Shown: positions 1 through 9,886 of the stretch, in pieces
Numbering within the stretch: the first letter of the stretch is position 1
Layout: each line of letters begins with the position of its first letter
Source: a virus
Taxonomy: Duplodnaviria > Caudoviricetes
Virus record (IMG/VR): IMGVR_UViG_2861295632_000001
Direction: 5' to 3' (one strand)
DNA: 64,000 nucleotides
Position numbers and translations under genes: made by a program
The notes under the pieces: model-generated
What the model was told of the DNA's origin: nothing
What the model saw: only the letters and a program-made list of their open reading frames with translations
Database searches by the model: none

Positions 1-1
1 C

Positions 2-244
2 GGCGAGCTGCTGGCCGAGGACCCCGACCGCGCCGCCTGGGGCGACCTGACCACGGAGCGCGTCGGCGAGCTGCGCCGCGCCGCGAAGGCCGAGGCCAAG
101 GAAAAGAACCTCGACGCCTGGCGCACCCCCTTCATCCGGCTGCTGGACCACGAGATCGTCCGCGCCCCCGAATCCCCCTCCACCCCCACGAAGGCCAGCG
201 TGTCTGACCTCGTGCGTGCCCGCCTGCAAGGAGCGAAACCGTGA
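2..244 (+). CDS. 3' end of a hypothetical protein (truncated by window start)
   Basis: Open frame GELLAEDPDR...RLQGAKP* ending in a GTGA that overlaps the next start at 241; high-GC3 codon usage. Confidence 0.6.
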   Translation, partial: GELLAEDPDRAAWGDLTTERVGELRRAAKAEAKEKNLDAWRTPFIRLLDHEIVRAPESPSTPTKASVSDLVRARLQGAKP

Positions 245-768
245 GTACCCAGACCCCGACCGACCTGGCGCAGATCGACGCTAAGACCCTCGGCATGGCC
301 CGGCTGCTGGCCGCCCACCCCAACGCCCAGCGCGGCCTCCAGCGCAGCATCGAGCGGCAGCAGGAGCAGCGCGAAGCGCAGCGGACCCCCCGCCGGTTCG
401 CGGCGCCGATGGACTGCCCCCACTGCGGCGCTCCCGGCATCACCTACCTGACGCTGCCCACCAAGGACGGCCCGCGCGAGTTCAAGCGGAGGCCCATGGA
501 CTGCTGCCAGCCTGCTCTGCGCGACGCCGCCGAGAACGCGTTGCACTACGCGCTGAACCCCAACAACTGCGCGGAGGAGCGCGTGGAGGCCGCCGACCGT
601 TACGCGGCCCTGAAGGGGAGCATCACCGCCCCGGCGCTGCTGCGCGAGCTGGACACGCACGAGGCGCTGCTGGCGGATATCGAGGCCCGCGTCTCCGGCC
701 TGACCCGCGCCCAGGGTGGCGTGGAGTACGGGAACGGTGCCCAGAACCTGCGGCTGGTGCAGCCGTGA
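241..768 (+). CDS. hypothetical phage protein with possible Zn-binding CPHC...CC motif
   Basis: GGAG SD before the GTG; GTGA coupling at both ends. Confidence 0.7.
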   Translation: MSTQTPTDLAQIDAKTLGMARLLAAHPNAQRGLQRSIERQQEQREAQRTPRRFAAPMDCPHCGAPGITYLTLPTKDGPREFKRRPMDCCQPALRDAAENALHYALNPNNCAEERVEAADRYAALKGSITAPALLRELDTHEALLADIEARVSGLTRAQGGVEYGNGAQNLRLVQP

Positions 769-3700
769 GCCGCGCCCTCTCGCCCGAGGTGCAAGCCACG
801 CTGCGCGCCGCCACGATCAGCGAGGACGGCCTGACGCTGACCCTGGCCGGGGAACTCGACCGCAAGCTTTATCAGGCCACCGCCAAGGCTATCGAGGCGC
901 TGGGCGGCAAGTGGAACCGCAGAGCTCAGGCCCACCTGTTCACCAGCGACGTGCGCGACCTGCTGGCCGGGGTGCTCGACGGCGACGCGCTGCCCAAGAA
1001 GAACCCCCTGGCCTTCTTCGCGACGCCGGAGCCGCTGGTCGTCCTGATGCTGAACCTCCTGGGCGACGTGCGCGGCCAGCGCGTGCTGGAGCCGAGCGCC
1101 GGGGACGGCCACATCGCGGACGCGCTGCTGGAGGCGGGCGCCCTGGTGGACGTGATCGAACTCGACGACACCCGGCACGGCCACCTCATCGGGGCCGGGT
1201 ACCAACCGGTCGCCCGCGACTTTCTGGCCTTCACGCCGAGCGAGCGCTACCCCGTGATCGTCATGAACCCACCCTTCACTGCCGAGGGCGACGCCCAGGC
1301 CTACATCACCCACATTGAGCACGCCTGGGCGAACTGCCTCGCGCCGGGCGGGACCCTCGTCGCCATCGCGCCCAGCGGCTTCACCTTCCGCGAGGACCGG
1401 CGGGCGCAGGCCTTCCGCGCCCTGGTCGAGGAGCACGGCGAGTACAGCCCCAACGCCCAGAACGCCTTTGTCGAGAGCGGCACGGGCGTCCAGACCGTCA
1501 CCCTCTACATCCGCAAGCCCGCTCCCCCGCAGGAGGTTGCTATGCTCGTCCCCACCGAACAGGCCGCCAAGAACGCCCGTAAGAGCAGCAAGCAGGCCGC
1601 TGTCGCAGAGTCCAAGAAGCAACCCCAGGTCTTCACCGAGTACATGCCCGGCGACTTCGTGATCTGCGAGATCGGCGGGCAACCGATCAACAGCGGCATC
1701 ACGGGCCTCCACGTCGGCACCCCCCTGCGGTTAGACGTGGTGAACCGCAACGGCCCCAGCACCATCCCGCAGAACGCCATCACCTGCCGCGACGACTACT
1801 CGCCCGTCGCGCCCGTGCGGGTGGGGGACCTCGTGACCCTGCGGTTCCGCCAGGGGGAGCTGTTCAAAGTCGTCGAGCCTGCCGGGGCAGACGGGGTAGT
1901 GGAGCTGGAGAACATCGCCGCCCCCCAGGACCGGCCCTCCAGTCCACTCTCTGGCCTGCGCGTGACGCGGCGGGTGAACATCGCCGACCTCTACGCCGAC
2001 CTCAGCCTTCCCCTGCCCAGCTACCTGCAAGAGGCGGCCTCCAATGGTGTTGTCGTCGAGCCTGAGGTTGCCCCCGACCAGCCCGTCCCTGCGGAGTGGC
2101 TGGCCCAGCTGGAGGAGTGGCGCACTCGCTTCCACATCGGCGCCCGCGTCCGCTTCCCGGCGGCGAGCAGCACCGAGCCGGGCGCCGTGGAGGAGTTCGT
2201 GGGCGTCGTTGTCAGCCACGAGCCTGGGATCAGCGAGCACTGCACCGTGGACGAGGACGGACATAGCACCGTGGTGAAGTTCCGGAACCTTGCGCTCGAA
2301 GCTGCCCCCACTGAGGAACCTGCACTCGCCAGCGACCCGGCCCCAGCGTCAGCCACCCCCGACCTTCAGGCCCCCCGCCTCACCCCCGGCGCCATCGGCC
2401 TGCTGCTGGTGCCGCTGAGTCAAACCGTCCGCAGCAGTTGCAATGTCCGCAACCACTACGACCCGCAGGCCGTCGAGGAACTGGCGGCCAGCCTCGCGGC
2501 CGAGGGCCAGATCGAGAACTGCACCGGCCGCTGGAACGCCGAGGGCCAGGTCGAGATCGTGGCGGGTGAGACGCGCCGCCGCGCACAACTGCTGCGCGTT
2601 GAGCGAGGCGAGATCGGTGATGCCTACCCGCTGATGGTCCACATCCGCGAGATGACGGACGCCGAGGCGCTGGCTGTCAGCGCGACCGAGAACATGCGCC
2701 GCCGCTCCATGACCGCGCTGGAGGAGTGCGAGGCGATGCAGCGCCTCAACGACGCCGGGCGCAGTGTGGAGGAGATCGCCTCGATGTTCGGGTTCAAGAG
2801 CCTCCAGCCGGTGCATGACCGCATCCTCGTTGCGCGGAATTTGCACACCGCCGCCCGGGAGGCCCTTGACAAGGGCAACATCAGCTTCGCGCAGGCTGCC
2901 GTCATCGCCCGCGCCCCCGGCCAGCACCTTCAAGAGAGTTTGCTTCAGGCGGCCACCAGCTGGAACCCCACGAGCGCCAAGGGCTTGGCCGAAATGCTCA
3001 CACGCGGGCAGTTTCTGGTTGCCAATGCGAAGTTCGACGTGGAAGCCAGCGGGCTGGAAATCCGGCGCGACCTGTTCGACGCTTTTGCCCCCTACTTCGA
3101 GGACAAGGCAAAGGCGCTCGACGCACAGATCGCGTGGGCGCACGCCCGTGCGCAGGAGATTGAGAAAGACGGTGGGCAGGCGTTCGTCCATGTCGTGACT
3201 GGCGAGAACGGCAACTTCTACACGTCTGATCATCGCGCCTACGAGTACGTTGGCCCCAACGATCCAGCTGCGGGCACCATCGTTTACGTCAGCACCCTCT
3301 TCGGCACGAGCAGGGAGGAGCGGGCGAAGCTCCGCAGTAACGCTCAGGCCACAACAACAGAGGACGGTGGCACGAAGGTCGAGACGGTACGCCCCATGCG
3401 AGACAGTGCCTACCTGGAAGCGCACAAGCTCCGGGCCACCGCTGCCCGCGCCGCCGTCCTGGGTGACCAGCACCTTACCCTCGCCCTGACGGTGTGGGGC
3501 CTGATCATCGGCTCCACGAACGACGTGGTGCGGGTGAATCTCCAGCCGGTGAGCGCCGCGCACGAGATCCCCGAGCTGAAGGTCCGGGCAGAGGCGCTGG
3601 CGAACCTCCTGGCGCCCGACACCGACAGCGGGAGTGTGTACATCTCGGCGCTCGGCGCATCCGGCGTTCGCCCTGACCCCGAGCGGGTGCTGCGCCGGTT

Positions 3701-4091
3701 GGTGGCGATGAGCGACGACGAGCTGCTCGGGCACCTCAACACCCTGGCCTCGCTGACTGCCTACGACTGGTTCCAGTACGGCAACAAGACCCCGGCCAAG
3801 CCCGAGTACGCCTACCTCGCTTCCTTGACGGACGCACCGCAGCGCCTGGCCGCCAGCTTCCGCCTCACCGACGAGTGGCTCAAGCGCTACCCGCGCCACG
3901 AGCTGCTGGCCCTCGCGGACGAGGCGGGGCTAGGGCGAGCGCTGATTGAGGACTGCGGGACCTTGAAGGAGATGCGCGCCCGCCTGCTGGAGCACGCCGA
4001 CCGCCTGCACGCCGAGGGATTCGTGCCCGCGCTGGTGCGCTTCCCAGAGCCGCCTGCGACCGCTGACGCCACCGCGACTGCCGCCGACTGA
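765..4091 (+). CDS. SAM-dependent amino (N6-adenine-type) DNA methyltransferase fused to a ParB/Spo0J-family domain
   Basis: Motif I VLEPSAGDG and motif IV MNPPF in the first ~260 aa; later ParB signature NVR...VEELAASL...EIVAGETRRRA...ENMRRRSMTALEE followed by an HTH. Confidence 0.85.
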   Translation: MSRALSPEVQATLRAATISEDGLTLTLAGELDRKLYQATAKAIEALGGKWNRRAQAHLFTSDVRDLLAGVLDGDALPKKNPLAFFATPEPLVVLMLNLLGDVRGQRVLEPSAGDGHIADALLEAGALVDVIELDDTRHGHLIGAGYQPVARDFLAFTPSERYPVIVMNPPFTAEGDAQAYITHIEHAWANCLAPGGTLVAIAPSGFTFREDRRAQAFRALVEEHGEYSPNAQNAFVESGTGVQTVTLYIRKPAPPQEVAMLVPTEQAAKNARKSSKQAAVAESKKQPQVFTEYMPGDFVICEIGGQPINSGITGLHVGTPLRLDVVNRNGPSTIPQNAITCRDDYSPVAPVRVGDLVTLRFRQGELFKVVEPAGADGVVELENIAAPQDRPSSPLSGLRVTRRVNIADLYADLSLPLPSYLQEAASNGVVVEPEVAPDQPVPAEWLAQLEEWRTRFHIGARVRFPAASSTEPGAVEEFVGVVVSHEPGISEHCTVDEDGHSTVVKFRNLALEAAPTEEPALASDPAPASATPDLQAPRLTPGAIGLLLVPLSQTVRSSCNVRNHYDPQAVEELAASLAAEGQIENCTGRWNAEGQVEIVAGETRRRAQLLRVERGEIGDAYPLMVHIREMTDAEALAVSATENMRRRSMTALEECEAMQRLNDAGRSVEEIASMFGFKSLQPVHDRILVARNLHTAAREALDKGNISFAQAAVIARAPGQHLQESLLQAATSWNPTSAKGLAEMLTRGQFLVANAKFDVEASGLEIRRDLFDAFAPYFEDKAKALDAQIAWAHARAQEIEKDGGQAFVHVVTGENGNFYTSDHRAYEYVGPNDPAAGTIVYVSTLFGTSREERAKLRSNAQATTTEDGGTKVETVRPMRDSAYLEAHKLRATAARAAVLGDQHLTLALTVWGLIIGSTNDVVRVNLQPVSAAHEIPELKVRAEALANLLAPDTDSGSVYISALGASGVRPDPERVLRRLVAMSDDELLGHLNTLASLTAYDWFQYGNKTPAKPEYAYLASLTDAPQRLAASFRLTDEWLKRYPRHELLALADEAGLGRALIEDCGTLKEMRARLLEHADRLHAEGFVPALVRFPEPPATADATATAAD

Positions 4092-4144
4092 TCCGCCTTG
4101 GGGGCTGCCTCGCGCGGCCCCCTCCCTGCCCTGGAGGGCCCGTC

Positions 4145-4447
4145 ATGACCAGCACACTGACACCGTCCACCCGCCACCACCTCACCATCGCGCCCGCCCC
4201 GATTCCCTCCTCCCCGGACGAGCACCAGCTGGCGCTCCCCAACGGCGAGGTCGTCGGGCGGGGCCGCACGCTTTTCCATGCGCGCTGCTGGCGGGAAGGC
4301 TGGGACGCCCGCATGGACCTCCGCAGCCAGCGCAGCGGCCCCCGGCCCCACCACGACGGCTACGCCCACTGGCGGCGCGGGTGGGAGCGGGCCAACGCCC
4401 ACGAGCGCCAGCGGGAAAAGCGCGAGCGGCGCGAGAGGAGCGCATGA
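4145..4447 (+). CDS. hypothetical protein
   Basis: GGAGG SD; ATGA coupling to the next gene. Confidence 0.6.
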   Translation: MTSTLTPSTRHHLTIAPAPIPSSPDEHQLALPNGEVVGRGRTLFHARCWREGWDARMDLRSQRSGPRPHHDGYAHWRRGWERANAHERQREKRERRERSA

Positions 4448-4866
4448 AACGGACCCTGAAAGTCGCGGTGGACGCGATCAAGCACGAGCGCGACCAGGGA
4501 GGTCAGCCCTTCACGACCCTGCACCTGGAGCTGCCCGACAACACCGAGCTGCGGCTTCTCCAGCGCGCCCACCGCATCACCCGGAAAAAGGACACTCGCG
4601 AGGTGGCCACCTTCACCCTCCGCATCTATGGCGGCGGCGACCGGCGCACCTGGACCGTGACCAGCCGGGGCAGCAAGACCAAGGACTTCAAGGTCGTGGC
4701 CGTGGTGGAGGTGTACTTCAACGCGCAGGCCCGCTTCGAGAAGTACCTCGACCCGGCAGACCGGACCGCCTACGACGTCGAACTCACGGTGGAGATCGAA
4801 GAACCCACCACGCCGCTGTTCCCGAAGAAGGACGACGACAGCGAGAGCGAAGGAATGAGCGCGTGA
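4444..4866 (+). CDS. hypothetical protein
   Basis: AGGAG SD and ATG at 4444 (start moved from 4381); typical codon bias. Confidence 0.7.
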   Translation: MKRTLKVAVDAIKHERDQGGQPFTTLHLELPDNTELRLLQRAHRITRKKDTREVATFTLRIYGGGDRRTWTVTSRGSKTKDFKVVAVVEVYFNAQARFEKYLDPADRTAYDVELTVEIEEPTTPLFPKKDDDSESEGMSA

Positions 4867-4899
4867 CGGCGCGAGTCCCCTCCCGCACCGAGGACTGCC

Positions 4900-5550
4900 A
4901 TGCCTGAGACGATGACCTCACATCCGCTCGACACCTTCCTCGACTGGGCCACCGACCCGCAGCTCGCCGTGCTCGACACCGAGACCACCGGGCTGCAGGG
5001 CGAGGTGATCGAACTGGCCCTGGTGGACGCCTGGGGCCGCACGCTGTTCGACGAGCGCATTCGCCCCAGTTGTCCGGTAGAGCCGGGCGCGCAGGCTGTG
5101 CACGGCATCTCCGACGCCGACGTGCAGGACTGTCCGAGCATCGCCGAGTTCTGGCCGCGCCTGCGCGACCTGCTGACCAGCCACCACGTCGTGATCTACA
5201 ACAAGGCCTTCGACCTCCCGCGCCTGGTGCAGTCGCTCGACGCGGCCATGCCCGGCTGGCACACGGCGCCGGAAGGGGGACCCAGCACGGACCTGAAGGC
5301 GTTCTGGGCCTTGAGCGACAGGGCGCGGTGCGTGATGCTCGCCTACGCCCCGGTTCATGGTCAGCGCGGTTCCTGGGACAGCTGGCGCTGGGCACGCCTG
5401 CGGGATGCCTGCGTGCGGCGCGGTGTGCGCGAGGACGATCTGCCCGGCGCGCATAACGCCCTGGGCGACTGCCTGCGGACCCTGCGGCTGATCCAGGCGA
5501 CGGCCGCGCTGACCCCTGCCGATGTGCCGTGGCTGGAGGGCGAGGAGTGA
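4900..5550 (+). CDS. DEDDh 3'-5' exonuclease (DnaQ/Pol III epsilon-like)
   Basis: ExoI LDTETTG, ExoII YNKAFD, ExoIII HNALGDC. Confidence 0.9.
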   Translation: MPETMTSHPLDTFLDWATDPQLAVLDTETTGLQGEVIELALVDAWGRTLFDERIRPSCPVEPGAQAVHGISDADVQDCPSIAEFWPRLRDLLTSHHVVIYNKAFDLPRLVQSLDAAMPGWHTAPEGGPSTDLKAFWALSDRARCVMLAYAPVHGQRGSWDSWRWARLRDACVRRGVREDDLPGAHNALGDCLRTLRLIQATAALTPADVPWLEGEE

Positions 5551-6326
5551 CGGCAGCCGAACTCGCAGTCTTCCAATTGCTCACTCCCGAGGAGCGTGCC
5601 CGACGCGCTGAACTGGAGGAACAGGTCGTGATCGGCGTGCGCGCGGGCATCATGGCAGGCCGCGCGCTGCGCACCCTTCAGGCCGAGCGCCTCTACCGCA
5701 GCACCCACCCCACCTTCGAAGCCTACGGGCTGGAGGTCTTCGGCCTCTCCCGCGCCCGGCTCTACCAGCTGATCGATTTCGCGGATGTGGCGGAGGAGGC
5801 CGCGGAACGCGGCATCGAGATCACCAACGAGCGGGTGGCCCGGGCGCTGGGCGTGGTGCCCCCGGGCGACTACGGCCTGGTGCTCGACGTGACCCGCGCC
5901 GTGACCGGCAAGCAGCAACCCAGCAGCGCGGACGTGCAGGGCGTGGCCGACACCGTGCGGAACATGGCCTCCGGAATGCAGGTCGAACACCCCGACACCC
6001 AGCAGCCGGTCCCGCTGAGCGAGATCCCGCCCGAGCGCCGCGTGGAAGCCGTCACCATGGCGGTGCAGCGCGGTGCTCAGGACCGGCGCGACTTCCAGGG
6101 CACCGACGATCAGAAGCCGATGGACTACGTGGCCGGATTCCAGAGCATGGGCCTGCGCGGCGGGCTGATGTTCGGCCCGGACGGGTACTGGCTGGAGGTC
6201 ATGGACCCCACGACCGGCGACCTGCGCCCCGGCCCGGTCGTGAAGAGCATCTGGGACGCCCCCCGTGCGTGGCGCAAACAGCACGAGGCCGAAATTCAGG
6301 AGGAAGTGGCATGGCCGAGCGAGTGA
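5547..6326 (+). CDS. conserved phage protein with helical, probably DNA-binding N-terminus
   Basis: GTGA coupling; motif GRALRTLQAERLYR..H.TFEAY....FGLSRARLYQLI resembles a widespread phage domain. Confidence 0.7.
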   Translation: MTAAELAVFQLLTPEERARRAELEEQVVIGVRAGIMAGRALRTLQAERLYRSTHPTFEAYGLEVFGLSRARLYQLIDFADVAEEAAERGIEITNERVARALGVVPPGDYGLVLDVTRAVTGKQQPSSADVQGVADTVRNMASGMQVEHPDTQQPVPLSEIPPERRVEAVTMAVQRGAQDRRDFQGTDDQKPMDYVAGFQSMGLRGGLMFGPDGYWLEVMDPTTGDLRPGPVVKSIWDAPRAWRKQHEAEIQEEVAWPSE

Positions 6327-6712
6327 TCACCCGCAGGTGTGGTTGTGACGGAGACCATCACGAGGGCTGCCCGGCCCATCCTCAGCAACGGGTGCGGGCG
6401 CTCTCCGCCATCAGCAGCCTCGGCGCCGTGGTAAGCCTGCGCGAGCTGGAGGTGGACTTCGGCAACGCCGAGGAGGCCGCCAACATCGCCGCCGTGACCC
6501 TCGTCTACGACGAGGCGAGCGGCCAGGTGCTGCGCGGCATGTACCGGGGGATGGCGATGCGGGACGCTGTCGCCATGGAAGTCGCCCACCTGCTCCGAAC
6601 CTTCCGGTTCGTGCGCGCGAGGTACGGCACCTGCCGCCCCTGGTGGCGCTGGTGGCGCCCGACATCTGCGGTCACCCTCACGCCAGCGCGCTTCCGCGAG
6701 GTGCTCCTCTGA
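6311..6712 (+). CDS. hypothetical protein (Cys/His-rich N-terminus)
   Basis: GGAGG SD then ATG at 6311; CGC...HH..C..H. Confidence 0.55.
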   Translation: MAERVITRRCGCDGDHHEGCPAHPQQRVRALSAISSLGAVVSLRELEVDFGNAEEAANIAAVTLVYDEASGQVLRGMYRGMAMRDAVAMEVAHLLRTFRFVRARYGTCRPWWRWWRPTSAVTLTPARFREVLL

Positions 6713-7152
6713 CCCCCTTCGACGAGACGTTTCTGCGCAAGTACAAGCGCAGACACCCGCACCTCTTCCCCCAGGACGCGGCCCCCGCACCGGCAGATCA
6801 GCCCGGTGCGGGGCTTCCACGTTCCGCCAGCAACGGCTACGCCACCGAGGCCGAGTTCCAGACCGCCGCGAAGTCGGCGCTGGAAGGGCGCGGCTGGGAC
6901 GTGCAGGAGAGCCTGAAGGGCAGCCACGGCGGCGGGACCGTCTGGTATACGCCCGGCTGGCCGGACCTCGCCATCTACCTGCAAGACGGGACGCGCCGCC
7001 TCTGGTTCGCCGAACTCAAACAGCCGGGCAGGACGCCCACGGACGAGCAGCTCGCCTGCCACGCCCGCCTGCGAAACGCCGGGTTCCGCGTGGTCGTGGC
7101 CTGGACGCTCGAAGGCCTGCTCGCCATCGAGGAAGAAGAAAGGACTGCATGA
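6709..7152 (+). CDS. VRR-NUC domain nuclease (Holliday-junction resolvase-like)
   Basis: EAEFQ...PGWPDL...FAELK.PG..PTDEQ. Start uncertain: CTG at 6709 after GAGGTG, or 6643. Confidence 0.85.
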   Translation: MTPFDETFLRKYKRRHPHLFPQDAAPAPADQPGAGLPRSASNGYATEAEFQTAAKSALEGRGWDVQESLKGSHGGGTVWYTPGWPDLAIYLQDGTRRLWFAELKQPGRTPTDEQLACHARLRNAGFRVVVAWTLEGLLAIEEEERTA

Positions 7153-7556
7153 CCCAATCCGCTGAACGCCCTCAGGAGACCCTGACCGCCAAACCCGGCC
7201 TGCCCGACCTGTACCGTCTCCTCGCCGTGTTCAGCGGCATTCCCAAGCCCACGCTGCCCGCCCTGAGGGATTCCGGCCTGTGGACCCAGGACGAACATGC
7301 TGCCATCAGCGACTACCAGCGCGGCCTGCTGCGGATTCTCGCCACAGACGGCCGCATCCGCTGGGTCACCTGGGGACCGGACGGCCCGGGCTACGTCCTG
7401 ACCGGGTACGGGGACGCGGCGCTCGACGTCTACCGGCAACGCTACGGCCCGGCCCACACCCCGCGGCGTGGCCCGTCCCTCGGCGAGATCTCGAAGCGCA
7501 ACCGCCAGCGCGATGAGCTGGTGCAGCTGCTCAACCAAAGAAAGGCCTGCTTGTGA
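7149..7556 (+). CDS. hypothetical protein
   Basis: ATGA/GTGA coupling on both sides. Confidence 0.65.
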   Translation: MTQSAERPQETLTAKPGLPDLYRLLAVFSGIPKPTLPALRDSGLWTQDEHAAISDYQRGLLRILATDGRIRWVTWGPDGPGYVLTGYGDAALDVYRQRYGPAHTPRRGPSLGEISKRNRQRDELVQLLNQRKACL

Positions 7557-9004
7557 AGTGGAGAGACCGGCTCGACGAAGAACGACGCGTGAGTGACCTC
7601 CAGACGGGCCGCAGGCCCAGGAAGGTCACGCCCCTCTCTCTCGCAGCCCTGAAGCCTGGCGATCAGGTGTACTACCGTCCTCCTTCCGCCACGCGGCCCT
7701 ACGCCGGGCAGCGCGCCCAGGTGGTGCGCGCGCCCCGACTGGACGTGAAATCTCCCAGCTTACGGCTGAAGTTTCAGGACGGGGCCGAGAAGACGGTGCC
7801 CGTGAGGCAGGTGGGCCGGGAGGGTCAGCCAGAGGTGGCCCCCTACCTGGTCGACGCTCGCAGCCGCCCGAGCTGGAAACGTCTGGTCGCGCAACTGGTG
7901 GAGGCGGGGAAACTGGAAGCCGCAGAGGCTCCCGGCGGCGCCGATCTCCGGCAAGCGGCCGAGCAGCGCGCCCGGCAACTCGCGGGCATGGTGGTCCCGA
8001 AGGGCAGCGAGGCGTCGAAAAAGGTGGACGTGGCCCGCGTGCTGCTCGAAGCGGCCCAGGTGGAGGCGACGGCCGCCGCTGCCCGGCAGGGTGGGCGAGC
8101 TGGGCGCGGCCCGGTGCGGCCCGTGTTCCTGCCTGATCCAACCCAGGACGTGGACACGGCCCGGCTCAATCAGGACCAGCGGGCCATGATCAACAACATC
8201 GCCCGCTGCATCCACCTCCGGTATTTCCTCTCGGACGCCGAGGGCCGCGCCGGGGCGCGGGTGCCGGGCGTCCTCCAGCAGATCGTCCGCGAGGCCGCCC
8301 GCCCGCTCGGCGGCACCGACCTCTCCACGCCGAGCGGCGGCAAGAAGAACGCGGTGGCCGGGATCATGGAGGACAGCCTGCGCTCGGCCTATCAGCTCGC
8401 GCTGGAGGCCTGCCAGCAACTTGACGCGGGCCAGACCGACCACGCCCGCGCCCTGGCTCGCCAGGTGCAGGAGCACCGGCTGACCTACCTCACCGCGAAC
8501 GCCGAGCTGGAAAAGTACCGGGTCAAGCACCACACGGGCCGGTACTTCCACGGCGACGTGCTGAGCGTGCGTCTGGAGCACGACGGCGGCGGGATGACCC
8601 AGTTCTATGCCCGCGTGACCTTCGTGTACGCCGAGGACGGGCACACGCTGATCGTCGCTAATGCGGCCGAGATCGAGTCTCTGACGGCCACCCGAGTCGG
8701 GGCGCAGGGCTGGGCCAGCCTGTGCCGCTGGGTTGAGGACACCAGCGAGCGCGCCGGGGGCCGCAAGCAGGGGCGCCGCCAGGACGACGACGAGCACCTG
8801 ATCTACCGGGACCACGACGGTTATCTGGAGCTGCGGCCCACGCTGGCAAAGTACCCGGACCTGCTGCGAGCGCTCGAAGCCGTCCGGCGGTCGCTGATGA
8901 TCGACGAGCGACAAAAGGACATCGACCTGAGCGAGATTCCTGAGCATCACCCGGCGCCGGGTTACCACCCACCCGTCCCCACGGGTTCGCAAAGCAGCCC
9001 GTAA
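7553..9004 (+). CDS. hypothetical protein with N-terminal KOW/SH3-like motif; candidate late-gene regulator
   Basis: LKPGDQVYY...PYAGQRAQVV resembles KOW; last backbone gene before the late leader. Confidence 0.7.
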   Translation: MKWRDRLDEERRVSDLQTGRRPRKVTPLSLAALKPGDQVYYRPPSATRPYAGQRAQVVRAPRLDVKSPSLRLKFQDGAEKTVPVRQVGREGQPEVAPYLVDARSRPSWKRLVAQLVEAGKLEAAEAPGGADLRQAAEQRARQLAGMVVPKGSEASKKVDVARVLLEAAQVEATAAAARQGGRAGRGPVRPVFLPDPTQDVDTARLNQDQRAMINNIARCIHLRYFLSDAEGRAGARVPGVLQQIVREAARPLGGTDLSTPSGGKKNAVAGIMEDSLRSAYQLALEACQQLDAGQTDHARALARQVQEHRLTYLTANAELEKYRVKHHTGRYFHGDVLSVRLEHDGGGMTQFYARVTFVYAEDGHTLIVANAAEIESLTATRVGAQGWASLCRWVEDTSERAGGRKQGRRQDDDEHLIYRDHDGYLELRPTLAKYPDLLRALEAVRRSLMIDERQKDIDLSEIPEHHPAPGYHPPVPTGSQSSP

Positions 9005-9013
9005 ACTCTCCAT

Positions 9014-9688
9014 ATGTCCAGGAGCCACATAGACCACGGCGCGCACGGCTTCACTGTTCTGGCGCTCATGGAGGAGATGACCCGCTCTGGTCAGGACATG
9101 ATCACAGCGCAGGATCTGCTGCAATACCGGACTCTTCCCAGGCTCTCCGTTGAGGACGTCGAATATCTGATGAAATTCTTGCTGGGCTTCGGCTGGCTCT
9201 CCGACCGGGACAGCGACTATGAAACGAGCATCTATCGCGTCACGCCAAGCGGAAAGCAAATGGTCTGGTACTGCAATTCAAACGGGCGAATAGCCCTTGA
9301 ATTTCCAAGCCCCAACCTGCCTGCTACGCAGGTTAATGTCGGGCAAGGTGCGCAGGCTCCGTTTCAGATGGCTATGAACACGGGCTCTGGAACGATTTAC
9401 GCCACGCAGACCAATCACATAGGCCCAGAACAACAGGCGCGTGTGCTGGAGTTGCTAGATAAGCTGTCGGCGATCCTCGAACGCATGGAGCCGAACACAG
9501 ACCGGGATGTAGCTTCTACAGTGCTGAGTACGCTCCAAAACGCTGCCAAGGCGGGCGCGTGGGAACAGGTCAAAGCGCGCGCCAACGCCCTTATGACAAC
9601 CGTGGCTCTGGTTTCGAGCATCGGCGCCGATGGGCCAGAAGCCTACGCCTTGGCACAAAGCATCTTCCAGGCAGTCACTGGGGCTTGA
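9014..9688 (+). CDS. moron: lower-GC hypothetical protein, possibly with a winged-helix N-terminus
   Basis: Visible GC drop; TAAACT 6 nt before the ATG and no SD; YRVTPSGK wing-like motif. Confidence 0.65.
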   Translation: MSRSHIDHGAHGFTVLALMEEMTRSGQDMITAQDLLQYRTLPRLSVEDVEYLMKFLLGFGWLSDRDSDYETSIYRVTPSGKQMVWYCNSNGRIALEFPSPNLPATQVNVGQGAQAPFQMAMNTGSGTIYATQTNHIGPEQQARVLELLDKLSAILERMEPNTDRDVASTVLSTLQNAAKAGAWEQVKARANALMTTVALVSSIGADGPEAYALAQSIFQAVTGA

Positions 9689-9750
9689 CAAAACGCCCCC
9701 CAAATTCGCCTAATTCTGCTCAGACTGCACGCCGTCTACCCTGAACCCAA

Positions 9751-9778
9751 CGCCTCCGCCTACGCGGGGGCGCTTTTC
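9751..9778 (+). terminator. intrinsic terminator-like hairpin
   Basis: CGCCTCCGC-ctac-GCGGGGGCG then CTTTTC. Confidence 0.55.
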
Positions 9779-9886
9779 GTTCCGGGCCACCGTGCCGTCT
9801 GCCGCCCACCGCCGGAGGTGCCCGCCATGAAGCGCTGAACCTCTTCCCTCTTCTCGCCACACACAACCTGAGAGCAGCACCCGAAA

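Noticed and set aside
9685-9716. Complete sigma70 promoter at TTGACA 9685
   Set aside because: No TANNNT at 16-18 nt spacing; only the -35 is convincing.
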